Positions 8,920-19,185 of a DNA stretch of 48,803 nucleotides are shown here, piece after piece. The stretch is from a virus. Lineage: Duplodnaviria; Caudoviricetes. Both the position numbers and the translations under genes were made by a program. Every line of letters starts with the position of its first letter. Positions within the stretch are counted from its first letter, which is position 1. The stretch spans positions 1 to 48,803 of IMG/VR virus record IMGVR_UViG_3300035014_000025; one strand, given 5' to 3'. The notes below the pieces were generated by a model. That model was not told the origin of the DNA and searched no databases. It saw nothing but the letters and a program-made list of their open reading frames with translations.

Positions 8920-10969
8920 CGAGATCGTGATGGATGACGACGGAGCTCAGCCGCGCTGCGCCGGTGCCTTGCGACCGGAACCGCAAGCTCAGGTGGGTGG
9001 ACGAGCCGATCTGCGGCAGTTTGTCGCCGTTATAGGTCGTCTTGGACAGCACGTTGACCGGGTCTTCGACCGTCAACTCCGTTGGCTGCATCGCCGCCGC
9101 AACCGCCCACTGCCCTTCGAGCGCGGCGTCCATGCTCTCCCACGTCTTCGCCCGCGTGGGCTGGTTCGCGTCGAGATACGGCAGCCAGGCCTCGGCGACA
9201 GTGCTGTCGTAGACCTCTTCGGCGCCGAGCCCACCGTAGACGTAGATCGTGTTCCCGGAGCGCAGATAGACGCGCTGCTTGAAGACGACCATCTGCTCCA
9301 CCGTGAACCCAGGCTCGTAAGTGGTCCATGCGCTGACCTTTGCTCCGCCGAAGTACGAGAAGACGAAAATCTGATCCTTCACCGCAAGCCAGTAGCGGCC
9401 GGTGCTGGGCTCGATGCAGCTTGTCACCAGCCCGGCCTCGTCTTCGGCCACTTCCTTGAGGGCGGCGCGCACCAGCGTGTCGATGGGCACGCCGATGTCG
9501 GTCGTCGACGCCGCGTTGGAGCTGTCGCGCGCTCGTAGCGACCGCACGCCGCCGTCGACGTAGAAGATGTCGTTGTCGCCGAATTTGGTGACGCTGTTCG
9601 GGTAACGCGTGCCCGTATTTTCGAGCGTCTGCACTTCACGGTTCAGCGTCGGATCCGGGTCGACGTACTCGATCTGGGTCGTCTTCTCGGCGAACACCGC
9701 CACCGAGCTCTGGTACTTGGCCAGCGCCACCATGTCCTCGAGGCCAGCGGCGATCGACGACATGTCGATGAAACCGGCGCCGGTCGTGTCCGTCGTGAAT
9801 TTGGTCGGCTGCTTGAGGCCGGAGAAGTGCAGGTTCGGTCCCGATACCGAATACATCTTGCGGCCGACGGTCTTCACGAAGGGGCCGGGCTGAAACGTCG
9901 TCGTGGCGTCGGCCCCGTCCGCGAGCGCGAGACCGGTAGCTGGACTGACGACGAGCCCGTTCGCCAGCGTGAACACGACGGCGCGGCCGTTGGCGCTGGC
10001 GCTGGCTACCGCAGCGATGATGTTGACGCGCGTTCCGGCCGCGGTGGCTGTATAGTCTGGCACCGAGGTCAGGGAGTTGATGGCGGCGGCAATGAGGGAC
10101 GCCGTGTTCTCATGGCTGGTTGCCCAGGAGACCGGCCCCGTCAGGACCGAAACGCCGTCCACCTTCAAGTCGGATAGCTGCGACGTGATGGCTGCCGCGC
10201 CGCCCGACATGACCACGCCATTGCCCGTCGTCGCGTTGCCCGCGACGCTAACGACGATCGCTGTGCCGTTGATGGCGGTCCCTGTTGCCGCGGCGGTGAC
10301 ATTTACCGTCGGCCCGTTCGAGGTCGCGGAGTAGTCCGGGCTCGAGGAGAACGAGTTGATCGCGGACGCGAGGGCGGCCGCGGTCGTGGAGTTGTCGCCG
10401 GTGTGATCGACGGCGGCGCCGATGATCGACACCCCGTTGATCTTGATGTCGGTGATCTTGTTGACGCCCGCCGACAGCGTGCCGCCCGTCACCTGGAAGG
10501 AGCCCGTGGCGGCTACAGCCGGGGTAACGCCGCCGCCCGTCACGTCGAAGGACGCCCGAGCGCGGCCATCGAACCAATCGGTGACGCGCACGCCGTCGTA
10601 GAAGTGGAATATCGTGCCGTCGACGAAGAGCCCCACCGCGTAAATCTTGCCAGCGTAGAGCTCGGCGCAGAGAACCTCGTCGAGTGCCGTAACACCGTCG
10701 GAATGCTGAAGACGCTGATACGAAACGCCGCTCGGGAGCAGTGGCGCCGGATCGCTGCCGAAGACGTAAACGCCGATCGAGTTGTACCAGAGGCCGAACG
10801 TGCCGGCGGGGAGGCTGTAGGTCGGCACGAAGGCCGCGCGCTTCTCGAACTCGCCACCGCTCGTGATGTGCCCGTTGACGGCCTTCACCAGAACGCCACC
10901 AGCCGTCGTCTCGGGCAGACGCCGGGCGTCTAGGCCGCCGGTGAACTCTTTGATCCAGATGTCGCCTAT
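8903..10969 (-). CDS. Tail tubular protein B/nozzle with putative ATA start (688 aa)
   Basis: Frame extends 27 codons above GTG 10888 to GGAGG-CCGAA-ATA; the extension carries IWIKEFTGGLDARR; beta-rich body, follows the adaptor gene. Confidence 0.75.
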   Translation of the reverse strand: MGDIWIKEFTGGLDARRLPETTAGGVLVKAVNGHITSGGEFEKRAAFVPTYSLPAGTFGLWYNSIGVYVFGSDPAPLLPSGVSYQRLQHSDGVTALDEVLCAELYAGKIYAVGLFVDGTIFHFYDGVRVTDWFDGRARASFDVTGGGVTPAVAATGSFQVTGGTLSAGVNKITDIKINGVSIIGAAVDHTGDNSTTAAALASAINSFSSSPDYSATSNGPTVNVTAAATGTAINGTAIVVSVAGNATTGNGVVMSGGAAAITSQLSDLKVDGVSVLTGPVSWATSHENTASLIAAAINSLTSVPDYTATAAGTRVNIIAAVASASANGRAVVFTLANGLVVSPATGLALADGADATTTFQPGPFVKTVGRKMYSVSGPNLHFSGLKQPTKFTTDTTGAGFIDMSSIAAGLEDMVALAKYQSSVAVFAEKTTQIEYVDPDPTLNREVQTLENTGTRYPNSVTKFGDNDIFYVDGGVRSLRARDSSNAASTTDIGVPIDTLVRAALKEVAEDEAGLVTSCIEPSTGRYWLAVKDQIFVFSYFGGAKVSAWTTYEPGFTVEQMVVFKQRVYLRSGNTIYVYGGLGAEEVYDSTVAEAWLPYLDANQPTRAKTWESMDAALEGQWAVAAAMQPTELTVEDPVNVLSKTTYNGDKLPQIGSSTHLSLRFRSQGTGAARLSSVVIHHDLDADED

Positions 10970-10982
10970 TTCGGCCTCCCGC

Positions 10983-11720
10983 TCAGGTTGGCGGGCGGTA
11001 GGTCGTGATGGCCGGACGGCGACGCGCCGGCTCGTCGGACCCGAACATCTTGAACCGGCGGCGCGGCATCAGCTTGCCGCGCGCCTTGGCGTAAAGCCGG
11101 CTGGCCTGGTCGAGCTTCAGCTGCGCGTCCTTGGCGCCGGTGGCGGCCAGATAGTCCGCGGCGGCCGACTTGACGAGGATCTGGTCGTCGAGGTCCGCCG
11201 TATCGCCGTCGTCAACAAGCGGACGCAGCTTGCGGATGCCCGTGATCCGCAGGCGGCCTTCCAGCGTCGTGCTGTCGGCGTTCACGTCCGGGATCGGCCA
11301 GATTTCGATCTGCTCGTCTTCGTAAATGCGCCAGCGGCAGGCCGGGGACGAACGCACATCTAGCTCGCTGTCGTGGGCGGCGTAGTGGCCATCGTCGATG
11401 CCGGGATCGAGGGGTACGTAAGCACCCGACACGCGGACGCAGACCGTCTGGACGCGATCGATGACGAGATCGTCGAGGACTTCGCCGTCGAGGTTCACCG
11501 CCGTGGCGAGGTCATAGAAACGCTGGCCTGCCTGAAGATCGATGAACCGATCGACGCGCAAATGGGGCCAGTCGAAATCGTCCCAGAACCACTCCTGCTT
11601 GCGCTGGAGTTCCTTGACCTGGGTGTCGCGCACCTGGTTGTTGTGCGCTGCGTTGAGGGACAGGCGGCACGCGGCCCGATAGTCATCGAGCAACTTGATG
11701 AGGGTCGTTCCGCGCGCCAT
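10983..11720 (-). CDS. Head-tail adaptor/tail tubular protein A
   Basis: 245 aa; WDDFDWPHL and IEIWPIPD motifs; synteny. Confidence 0.7.
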   Translation of the reverse strand: MARGTTLIKLLDDYRAACRLSLNAAHNNQVRDTQVKELQRKQEWFWDDFDWPHLRVDRFIDLQAGQRFYDLATAVNLDGEVLDDLVIDRVQTVCVRVSGAYVPLDPGIDDGHYAAHDSELDVRSSPACRWRIYEDEQIEIWPIPDVNADSTTLEGRLRITGIRKLRPLVDDGDTADLDDQILVKSAAADYLAATGAKDAQLKLDQASRLYAKARGKLMPRRRFKMFGSDEPARRRPAITTYRPPT

Positions 11721-11732
11721 TGAAGCTCGCCC

Positions 11733-12323
11733 TTACTTGAACATGTCGGCGTCGGGCATGTCCTCGATGCCGTCTTCGGGCTCCTCGGACTGCGCTTCGG
11801 TGGCGCCACCGACCGGCGCCGCTTCCTGCTGCGCGGCATCGCCGGGCTCGGCGTCGGCCTTCTTGGCACGCTTCTTCGCGCCGCCCTTCTTGCCGTCGCC
11901 GTCGTGGTCGAGCGGATGGACGACTTCCTTGCCGATGACCGGAGCTTCGCGCGACTGCTCGGCCTCGCGGCGTTCCGCGGGCGTGGCGCCGGCGTCGCTG
12001 ACGCGGGAGGCCGGCTTGTAGAACTCTTCGGGAAGCTCCAGCTCGGAGAAATCCTCGAACAGGCGGGCCGCGACGCCGGGGAACAGCATCTCGACGGCCT
12101 GCGCCGTGGTGCGGCCCTCGACACTGCGACCGTACCGCTCGACGAGGCGCTGGCGCTCCTGGCGGCTGGTGCGTTCGACCTGGCCGTAGGGCTCGATTTC
12201 CTTGACGCTCTCCTCGCCGTGGATGATGCGGAGAACCGCAACCTCGGAAGGGGTGACGGCGCTCTTCGGTACCGTGTTGCCGGCATCACCGCCGAGCGAA
12301 AGAAGAATATGGGCGAGCTGCAT
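11733..12323 (-). CDS. Hypothetical structural-region protein with acidic tail
   Basis: AGGAG RBS plus ATG; 196 aa; ends DMFK. Confidence 0.65.
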   Translation of the reverse strand: MQLAHILLSLGGDAGNTVPKSAVTPSEVAVLRIIHGEESVKEIEPYGQVERTSRQERQRLVERYGRSVEGRTTAQAVEMLFPGVAARLFEDFSELELPEEFYKPASRVSDAGATPAERREAEQSREAPVIGKEVVHPLDHDGDGKKGGAKKRAKKADAEPGDAAQQEAAPVGGATEAQSEEPEDGIEDMPDADMFK

Positions 12324-12360
12324 TTCAGGCTCCTATTGGGTGGTTGGTCGGTCGGGCTGG

Positions 12361-12390
12361 CGAGGACGGGACCGAAAGCCCCGCCCTCTG
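12361..12390 (-). terminator. GC-rich stem-loop (terminator or mRNA-stabilising hairpin)
   Basis: GAGGGCGGGGC-TTTC-GGTCCCGTCCTC on minus; no clear U-tract. Confidence 0.4.
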
Positions 12391-12405
12391 ACCCCTGGGA
12401 GGGGA

Positions 12406-13086
12406 TTACTGACGATCGCTATCGTCGAGACGGATGCGCACGAACACCGTGCCCGAGCCTTCGGCGAAGGCTGTCACCGACGCGGCTTCGATCGAAATCG
12501 CGTCCTTCTTGGTGATGCGGTTGTTACCGGTGATGTCCGTGCCCTGCACGATCTTGCCCATCGTGTTGACGCCGACAGTGGTGAGCGCCAGCAGACCGCC
12601 AGACAGGTTCGTCGTGTTGATCTCGGCGTTCAGAGTTGCCAGCTTCGACGCCGTGGTGGCGGGAACGTTGGTGACGAACGAGATGTCCTCGACGTAACCG
12701 TCAACGCCCGGACGGAAGTCCGTGACCACGTCCTGCGTGCCCGTGATCGACGCGAGATTGACCGGGAAGGCCAGCTCCAGCACGTTGTTGCCGTTCTGGG
12801 TGTCGAAGAAAAGCTCGACGGTCGAGCCGGCGGCCCAGGTCACGCCCGAAGAGTTCGTCACGGTGATGAGCGACGCGCCGTAGGTCGCCGAGACCTTGGA
12901 GGCCGCGCCGGTCAACTTGTCGTTGCCGTTGACGATGGCGTAGAGGCCCGCCGAAACGAGGAGGCCGGCATTGAAGTCGCCCTGCGAGAAACCCGAGGGG
13001 TAGGCGATGGTGAAAGTGCCGCTGTTCGCCACATCCGCCGCGAGAACGGTGGGCACGCGAGCGAAGCGATCTTTGACCTGAGGCAT
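12406..13086 (-). CDS. Probable capsid decoration/minor structural protein
   Basis: 226 aa, Thr/Ala/Gly-rich and beta-like, immediately after the major capsid gene; GGAG RBS. Confidence 0.6.
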   Translation of the reverse strand: MPQVKDRFARVPTVLAADVANSGTFTIAYPSGFSQGDFNAGLLVSAGLYAIVNGNDKLTGAASKVSATYGASLITVTNSSGVTWAAGSTVELFFDTQNGNNVLELAFPVNLASITGTQDVVTDFRPGVDGYVEDISFVTNVPATTASKLATLNAEINTTNLSGGLLALTTVGVNTMGKIVQGTDITGNNRITKKDAISIEAASVTAFAEGSGTVFVRIRLDDSDRQ

Positions 13087-13113
13087 TTGCGATCTCCGCT
13101 ATGCGATGAGGGG

Positions 13114-13139
13114 AGCCGGGCGCCTTATGGCGTCCGGCT
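13114..13139 (-). terminator. Stem-loop after the major capsid gene
   Basis: AGCCGGGCGCC-TTAT-GGCGTCCGGCT on plus; no U-tract, so possibly a stabiliser or partial terminator. Confidence 0.45.
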
Positions 13140-13152
13140 TGTCCGTTCCGTC

Positions 13153-14232
13153 TTACGCGATGTCGTACACGCCCGACGTGTTGAGCTGCTTCGCCACCAT
13201 CACACCGGTCATCGTGATGCCGTTGTACATGACGTAGCGGTCATACGGCCGCGCGGGGTTGTGCTTCTTCATGCGGTTGCCGTCCATGTAGAGCAGACGG
13301 ACACCGGTACGGCCCATGTCGATGACGTACATACGCTTCGACAGACCGAGATCGTCGAGGGTCGGATCCCAGACGATGTCGATGCCCTTCCACTCGACCG
13401 GCCCCTGCGAACCATCCACCGTGCCCTTGAGGCCGGTGTTGGTGTAGTAGCCGTTGGCGCGCATTTCCTTGCGGTAGGCGGCGATCCAATCGGAGCCGGC
13501 GAACAGCTTGTAGCGGCTCGAGCCCTGACGGTACTTCGAGAGCTGGAGCCACTCCTTCTCCATGAACTCGATGAGCGCGCCGCCGTTGGCGGTATTCGAC
13601 GTGATGGCGCCCTGGCCGCCGGCGAGGCCGTTGGCGACAGTGGCGGCGCGGTTGCGCCACCAGGTGTTCGCCACGCGGCCGATCGTGCCGGTCGTGCCGA
13701 CAGTCGGGCTGTCGAGGATGAGCGCCTGGATGCCGGCGATGGCCTTGGCGTCCGACGAGCCGTCACCGTGGATCAGGCGGTCGAGCGAGTAGGCGTAGTC
13801 TTCGCCGAGCGTGTCGTTCTTTTCCTCGAGAAGGTTGGCAAGCGCCTGGTTCTCGCGGTCGTCCATCGGGGACGTATTCTGGTCCGCACCGTCCTCGGTG
13901 ACGTTGATGCCGTCGACCTTGAGCTCGGTCATGGTCACGACCATGCCGATGTGGTGCTCCTTCCACGGGAAGCGCGCACGCTTGATGCCGGTCGGGTTGT
14001 AGTAGTTGACCTGGTCGTCGCCCGAGTAGCCCTGAAGCGACCCGCCGCCCTGCCCGGCCTTCACCGCGAAGGAGACGTTGTCCTTGCCGCCGGTGAACTT
14101 GCCGGCAGCGGCGTTGAACGCCTCGAGCATCGGCTTGTTGGCGACATTCTGCTTGAAGACCGTGCCGCGGTCGATGAAAGTCTCGAGTACCGCGTTGTTG
14201 ATGTTCGCGATCTCGTCGGAAGTGAAAGGCAT
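13153..14232 (-). CDS. Major capsid protein
   Basis: 359 aa after portal and scaffold; strongly biased codon usage; IHGDGS, WWRNRA and IVWDPTLDD segments. Confidence 0.85.
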   Translation of the reverse strand: MPFTSDEIANINNAVLETFIDRGTVFKQNVANKPMLEAFNAAAGKFTGGKDNVSFAVKAGQGGGSLQGYSGDDQVNYYNPTGIKRARFPWKEHHIGMVVTMTELKVDGINVTEDGADQNTSPMDDRENQALANLLEEKNDTLGEDYAYSLDRLIHGDGSSDAKAIAGIQALILDSPTVGTTGTIGRVANTWWRNRAATVANGLAGGQGAITSNTANGGALIEFMEKEWLQLSKYRQGSSRYKLFAGSDWIAAYRKEMRANGYYTNTGLKGTVDGSQGPVEWKGIDIVWDPTLDDLGLSKRMYVIDMGRTGVRLLYMDGNRMKKHNPARPYDRYVMYNGITMTGVMVAKQLNTSGVYDIA

Positions 14233-14251
14233 CGCGCCTGACCCCTATTGC

Positions 14252-15244
14252 TTAGGCCGTCGCCCGATTGGCGCGCACGATGTCGAGCACGCTCAGGTTT
14301 TCGGGCTTCTGGCCGCCTGCGACCGTGCCGCCTGTCACTGGACGGATCGCCGGTTTCTTCTGCGGCTGGGCGGGCTGGCGGACCTGCTGGGGCAGTGCAT
14401 CGTTGACGGCCTTGTAGGCCTTCTGCAACTGCGCCACGACGCCTTGCGGCGTGGTCGGCTTGCCCTCCGAGTGCTGGAGAAACAGGATTTCCTTCTGGAG
14501 CGAAGGCAGCTTGCTCTCGAAGTTCGGGTCTTTCTGGCGGCGGTTTTCTTCCCAGGTCGCCGCGGCGCCGGTTAGGGCGCTCGCTGCGGTGTTCGCTTCC
14601 TGCCGTTCCCGCTGTTGCTGCTGGAACGACGTGCGGACCTGCGTCGCCTGCACGGCGGCATTGGCCCGGCTCACCTGAAGGGCCGCTTCCTGGCTCATCT
14701 CACCGTTCTGCACCTTGAGGCGCAGGTCTTCGGGGAGGACTTCGCCGGCCGCTACGAGTAGGGCCTGGACACGCGGCTTCAGGCGTTTCCATGCTTCCAC
14801 CGGATCGGTCTTCATCAGGCTCATGATGAGCATGCCGTCGGCGGCTTCTTCCGCGCTCAGACCGTTGGTGTCCAGGAAGTTCTGGACGTTCTGGTAGCGG
14901 GTCGCGTCCTGCTTGTAGGCGTTCGACTGCCGCAGGAGTTGCTGGAAACGAGGATGCTTGTGGAACGGAACGTCCGAGAAGTTCTCGTTGTCCTGCTCCT
15001 TGGGAAGCTCAGCGCCGGTCGACTGACCGTCATCTTCGCTTTCGGCGGGCGAGGCCGACTGATCCGGCGCCCGGCTCTTGTCGATCGCATCGCGAGCAAC
15101 AGAAAGCAGGTCGGCATCAGTTTCGCCGGTCGCGTCGGACGAGTTCGCGGTGTCAGGCGCGGCCTGCTGGCTTGCCTTATCGTCCAGGGCGGAACTGGTG
15201 GACGGCTCCAGTTCCTCGATTTCGTTATCGTCCAGGGTGGGCAT
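14252..15244 (-). CDS. Scaffolding protein
   Basis: Acidic disordered N-terminus, VPFHKHPRFQ, coiled-coil body, between portal and capsid. Confidence 0.7.
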   Translation of the reverse strand: MPTLDDNEIEELEPSTSSALDDKASQQAAPDTANSSDATGETDADLLSVARDAIDKSRAPDQSASPAESEDDGQSTGAELPKEQDNENFSDVPFHKHPRFQQLLRQSNAYKQDATRYQNVQNFLDTNGLSAEEAADGMLIMSLMKTDPVEAWKRLKPRVQALLVAAGEVLPEDLRLKVQNGEMSQEAALQVSRANAAVQATQVRTSFQQQQRERQEANTAASALTGAAATWEENRRQKDPNFESKLPSLQKEILFLQHSEGKPTTPQGVVAQLQKAYKAVNDALPQQVRQPAQPQKKPAIRPVTGGTVAGGQKPENLSVLDIVRANRATA

Positions 15245-15316
15245 GAAAGCTCCTGTAGTTTGCCGGTGAATTTACGGGATGTCGGTCGTTGTCGCAAGTC
15301 ATTCCATACAAATGAC

Positions 15317-17524
15317 CTACACTGGCGCGGCCACCTGGTTGGAGCCGAAAGAAGGACCGCTTTCGGCCGCGCCCGGCGGCTGGGGCGCGTTGTTGGCGCC
15401 CTGCCCTCCTTGCTGGTTCGGGTCGGCCTGCGGGTCGGCCTGCGCACCCTGGGGCGGCGCGAGCTGCTTCTGCTGGTTCATCGCGACGATCGACGGAATG
15501 CCCGAGGCGATGGCCTCGGTCACGTCCATCCGGTCGTCGAGGCGGCGCAGCGTCTCCTTGAGCATCCAAGTCGGCTCGAGGCCCGGCATCTGGAGCAACA
15601 GCGGTACGATCTGCTTCCAGTTGTTGATCTCGATGGCCTGGTTGGGCTTGCCTGTGGAGCCAGCCTGCACTTCGAGGAACACTTCGCTGGCAATGTCGGC
15701 AAGTGACATTTCCGGCCACACGGCGCCAGGACCGACGATCTCGGTGACTTTCTCTGGCGACATCTCGCGCTGAAGGATCTGGCCGGACGAGCGAGCGATG
15801 ACGGTCAGGAAGCTGTCGAGATCATCGATGCTCGACCCGTCGGACGAGGCCGAGGAATTGGCGGCGATGGCGCTCTCGGTCGCGGTGGCCTTGGCCACCC
15901 CGCCGAACTGCGCTTCCTGCGTCCCGACAACCAGCTGCGTGTCGGTGAAAATCTGCTCCGTGGCGTAGAGGTTCGGGTCAACGCCGGGCACCGGCAAGGT
16001 CTGGAGAATTTTGCCGATCTCGGATTGCGGGTCGATGTTGAGGCCGAGTGCCTCGAACGGCTTGAGGTTCTTGAGGATGAGCGGATCTTCCTCGTCGCCG
16101 AACGAACCGTTGGCGAACACCCAGCGCGGCCGGGCGGCGTCACGATGCTCGCGCATGCCCTGCCGGGAGCGGTTGTGTTCCTTCTGCATGTCGATCATCA
16201 GCGACACGTCGGACGGCGGGAACAGTTCGTCTTCGCTCTCGACCGCGTTGAAGGTCAGCGCGTAGACGGGCCAGAAGTCCTCAACGAAGACATCGGGCGC
16301 TGCGGGCTCACGGAGAAAATCCTTATAGCCGTCCGCCACATAGTAACAGAGGCCGGAAGCCTTGTCGTAATGCTTCCAGACGCAGACCATGCCGGCCTTC
16401 TTGTCCTGCGGAAGCGACCACTCGTAGTCGTCGTCCATCACGTCGTTGGCGCTGATCTCGCGCGACGATCCCGCATTGGCGTTGTAGCTGGTATAGCCAT
16501 CCTTCAAGTCGATACCGAACATCTCCTCCACTTCGTCGGTGGTGAAGAGATACTCGACCGAGATGTGCCGGGCGCCGATGAAACCGTCGAGAGACTTGCA
16601 CAGCTTGTCGGGGATGACCTTCGTCGACTGCGGGAAATCGATGATGAGACCCTCCCGCATGATAACCTCAGGCTCCTGCTGGAGCTGCTGGATCGAGAGC
16701 TCCAGTTCGGCGCGCTCGGCGCTATCCTCGTCGATCTCGCCTTCCGCAAGGTCCTGAGCGAGATGCTTCAGATGGTCGAGGCGGCCGCGCGCGTCGGCGA
16801 GGCTCTCGGTCAGGCCGGGTCGCGGGCCGTATTCACGCTGAAAGCCAAGCTCGACATAGGCGACGCCGCACGTGCAGGCCCGGCGAACCGTCTGCTTCAT
16901 GCCCCGCTTGAAGTCGAGCGGCTTTTGCTCCTGGAGGGCGTAGGCGAACAAGACCTCGAGGGTCTTACCGTACTTCGTGATGAACTGCCGGCGTGAGTAG
17001 CCCTGCTGAAAGTCCTGGATGAGCGCCATCGCCTGATCGAAGCCGGGAGGCAGCTGCGGCTGCGCCGGAGTGGCCGTGCCGAAGATCGGATCGATCGTTG
17101 GCGGCGTCATCTGCGCCTGCTGCATGGCAAGCTGACCGGCCTGGATCGTCTGGTAGGCCAGCATGAGCGACTGCGGGTTTTCGTCCCAGATGGCGAAATC
17201 GAGTGTCTCGCGGCGCGCGGCAGTCGCCTTCGGGTTCTTGGCGTAGAGCGCGGCCGTCTTCTGCTTCACATGCCGGCCGGCGATGTTGGCGCGGTACTTG
17301 TCCTCGCCCCAATCCTTCTCGGCGCCCCACATCGCGACCTGCATGTCGCGGCGCATGCGCTTGAAAGCCTTCTCGTGGTGCTTCTTGTCGGCCTTGATGG
17401 TCTGGAGGATCTGCTTGACGAGCGCGGCGCGCTGCGCCGGCGTCTGGCCCTGCCCTTCGGCCTCGTTCGTCGCGGGCGCGGCCGAAATGTCGGTTTGTCC
17501 GGCGCTGTCGTCCTCGAAATCCAT
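15317..17524 (-). CDS. Portal protein
   Basis: Start moved to ATG 17524 (GGAGG RBS, TGATG); about 735 aa after TerL; ATATE motif and Gln/Pro-rich tail. Confidence 0.85.
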   Translation of the reverse strand: MDFEDDSAGQTDISAAPATNEAEGQGQTPAQRAALVKQILQTIKADKKHHEKAFKRMRRDMQVAMWGAEKDWGEDKYRANIAGRHVKQKTAALYAKNPKATAARRETLDFAIWDENPQSLMLAYQTIQAGQLAMQQAQMTPPTIDPIFGTATPAQPQLPPGFDQAMALIQDFQQGYSRRQFITKYGKTLEVLFAYALQEQKPLDFKRGMKQTVRRACTCGVAYVELGFQREYGPRPGLTESLADARGRLDHLKHLAQDLAEGEIDEDSAERAELELSIQQLQQEPEVIMREGLIIDFPQSTKVIPDKLCKSLDGFIGARHISVEYLFTTDEVEEMFGIDLKDGYTSYNANAGSSREISANDVMDDDYEWSLPQDKKAGMVCVWKHYDKASGLCYYVADGYKDFLREPAAPDVFVEDFWPVYALTFNAVESEDELFPPSDVSLMIDMQKEHNRSRQGMREHRDAARPRWVFANGSFGDEEDPLILKNLKPFEALGLNIDPQSEIGKILQTLPVPGVDPNLYATEQIFTDTQLVVGTQEAQFGGVAKATATESAIAANSSASSDGSSIDDLDSFLTVIARSSGQILQREMSPEKVTEIVGPGAVWPEMSLADIASEVFLEVQAGSTGKPNQAIEINNWKQIVPLLLQMPGLEPTWMLKETLRRLDDRMDVTEAIASGIPSIVAMNQQKQLAPPQGAQADPQADPNQQGGQGANNAPQPPGAAESGPSFGSNQVAAPV

Positions 17525-19185
17525 CAAAAACCTCCAGCCGAGATCCGGGCGCGCTTCTCCTGCTCCCAGCGGTCGGCCTGCTTGACCCAATCGAGCGTCC
17601 CGAACGTGGGCTGCTTGACCGCCTTAGTATCAGCTTTTTTGCCCGGTGCGAACTGGCTCTGCAAGCCCAACCCGATCCAAGCGAGCGCGTCGACGAAGTC
17701 GTCGTGCGTCCCGTTGGGGAACGCCATCATCTCGTTGATCGCTTTTTCCACCCACAGCATGCCGAACGGAAAAAAGACCTTGCCCATCGCCACGCGGCCG
17801 ACAATCGACTGCGCGCGCTGGGCCTTGTCGGCGACGGGCGTCACTTCGCGGATGTTGACGTAAGTCCCCGTCTCGACCATTCGCTTGCGCAGAAACGGGC
17901 CGATCGATTTGCTGATGTGGCCGCGCTCCGCCCACCAGAGAAGAGGCTTGTTGGCTCCGCGGCACATGGCCAGCATCGCCTCCACCGCCACGTCGGCCTT
18001 CATCTTCCGCCAGACGCACTCGAGCAGGTAAATGTTGTTGTCGCGATCGACGCCGATCTTCAGGAAGCAGCTGGGATCGTTGCGCTGCCCGGTGCCGACA
18101 GCGTGGTCGGACGACGCATAGATGCGCAGATCATCGGGAAGCGCCACGTTCGTTCCGGGGCCGTAGAAGCGGATGTCCTCGCGCTTGAACAAATCGCCGT
18201 CAAGCAAGCTGGGCCGCTGCTGGTAGAGCGCGGCGAAGCCAAGTGGATCGAGCGCCTGCTGTTCCTGGAGGAAATCGAGCCCGAAGGCATCAGGGCCGTC
18301 CGGCCACAGCGGTTCGCCCGGCGCGCGGCCCAGCGGATCGTCCTCTTCGGCGATCGCCGGCAGGTTGATGATTTTGATCTTCTCGGCGAGCTTGACGTTG
18401 TAGTTCGGGTTCTCCGGGTCCGTCAGACGCCCGATCGGGTCGTCGGAATGCCACCGGGTGAAGGTCATGATGACCAGCTTCTTGCCCATGCGCCGGCTCA
18501 TGGCGACCTTCGTGAACCAGTTCCACGCCTGGTCGCGGATCGCCTGGCTCTGAGCTTCCTTGTCGTCCTTGATGAGGTCGTCGATGATGAGCAGATGCGC
18601 GCCGCGGCCGGTCAGCGAGCCACCGCGGCCGACAAATGACCATTGCCCGCCCTGCACGGTCTGAAGGCGGTCCGACGCGCTGCCGCCGCGCTGGAGCGAC
18701 ACCGTCGGGAAGACCTGCTTGAACTGCGGCATCTTCACGATGCCGCGCACGTCCTTGCCGAAGTCCATCGCGAAATCGTCGTTGTAGGTCGCGACAACGC
18801 CGTTGAGCTGCGGGAAGCGCCCGATGAACCACGCCGGCAAGCGACGGCTGACCTGCTCGGATTTGCCGTGCCGCGGCGGCATGGTGAGGATCAGAAACGG
18901 GATGTTGCCCTCGACGACCTCCTCGATCACGCGAGCGATGGCGTCGTGATGGCGGGCGTTCTTGTACTTCGATCGCTCGACATCGTTCGGATCCTCGGGG
19001 TCCGGCGACGTGAACTTGATGAAGGACATGAACTTGGTGCGCGCTTCGACGGCCTTCTGCTGGCGCCTGAGCAGGGCAATCTGCTGGTTGATCGCCTTGA
19101 GATCGTCGGCCTCTTTGCTGGCTTCAGCCTGCCGCGCCTCCCACTCGTAGCGTCGGCCCGTCTTAGGGTTGATGCCGCCGGCCAT
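17524..19185 (-). CDS. terL: Terminase large subunit
   Basis: Walker A MPPRHGKS, TGRGAHLLIIDD Walker B, TRWHSDD, ALYQQRP, FPNGTHDDFVDA nuclease motif; start moved to ATG 19185. Confidence 0.95.
   Translation of the reverse strand: MAGGINPKTGRRYEWEARQAEASKEADDLKAINQQIALLRRQQKAVEARTKFMSFIKFTSPDPEDPNDVERSKYKNARHHDAIARVIEEVVEGNIPFLILTMPPRHGKSEQVSRRLPAWFIGRFPQLNGVVATYNDDFAMDFGKDVRGIVKMPQFKQVFPTVSLQRGGSASDRLQTVQGGQWSFVGRGGSLTGRGAHLLIIDDLIKDDKEAQSQAIRDQAWNWFTKVAMSRRMGKKLVIMTFTRWHSDDPIGRLTDPENPNYNVKLAEKIKIINLPAIAEEDDPLGRAPGEPLWPDGPDAFGLDFLQEQQALDPLGFAALYQQRPSLLDGDLFKREDIRFYGPGTNVALPDDLRIYASSDHAVGTGQRNDPSCFLKIGVDRDNNIYLLECVWRKMKADVAVEAMLAMCRGANKPLLWWAERGHISKSIGPFLRKRMVETGTYVNIREVTPVADKAQRAQSIVGRVAMGKVFFPFGMLWVEKAINEMMAFPNGTHDDFVDALAWIGLGLQSQFAPGKKADTKAVKQPTFGTLDWVKQADRWEQEKRARISAGGF

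Noticed and set aside
13087-13155. Capsid read-through into the in-frame decoration gene
   Set aside because: A second in-frame stop (TAG) lies in the spacer, and the downstream gene has its own GGAG RBS and ATG
12202-14241. Long plus-strand ORF (679 aa) and similar antisense ORFs such as 1457-2920, 37409-38647 and 47061-48743
   Set aside because: Shadows of high-GC genes on the other strand; no recognisable motifs
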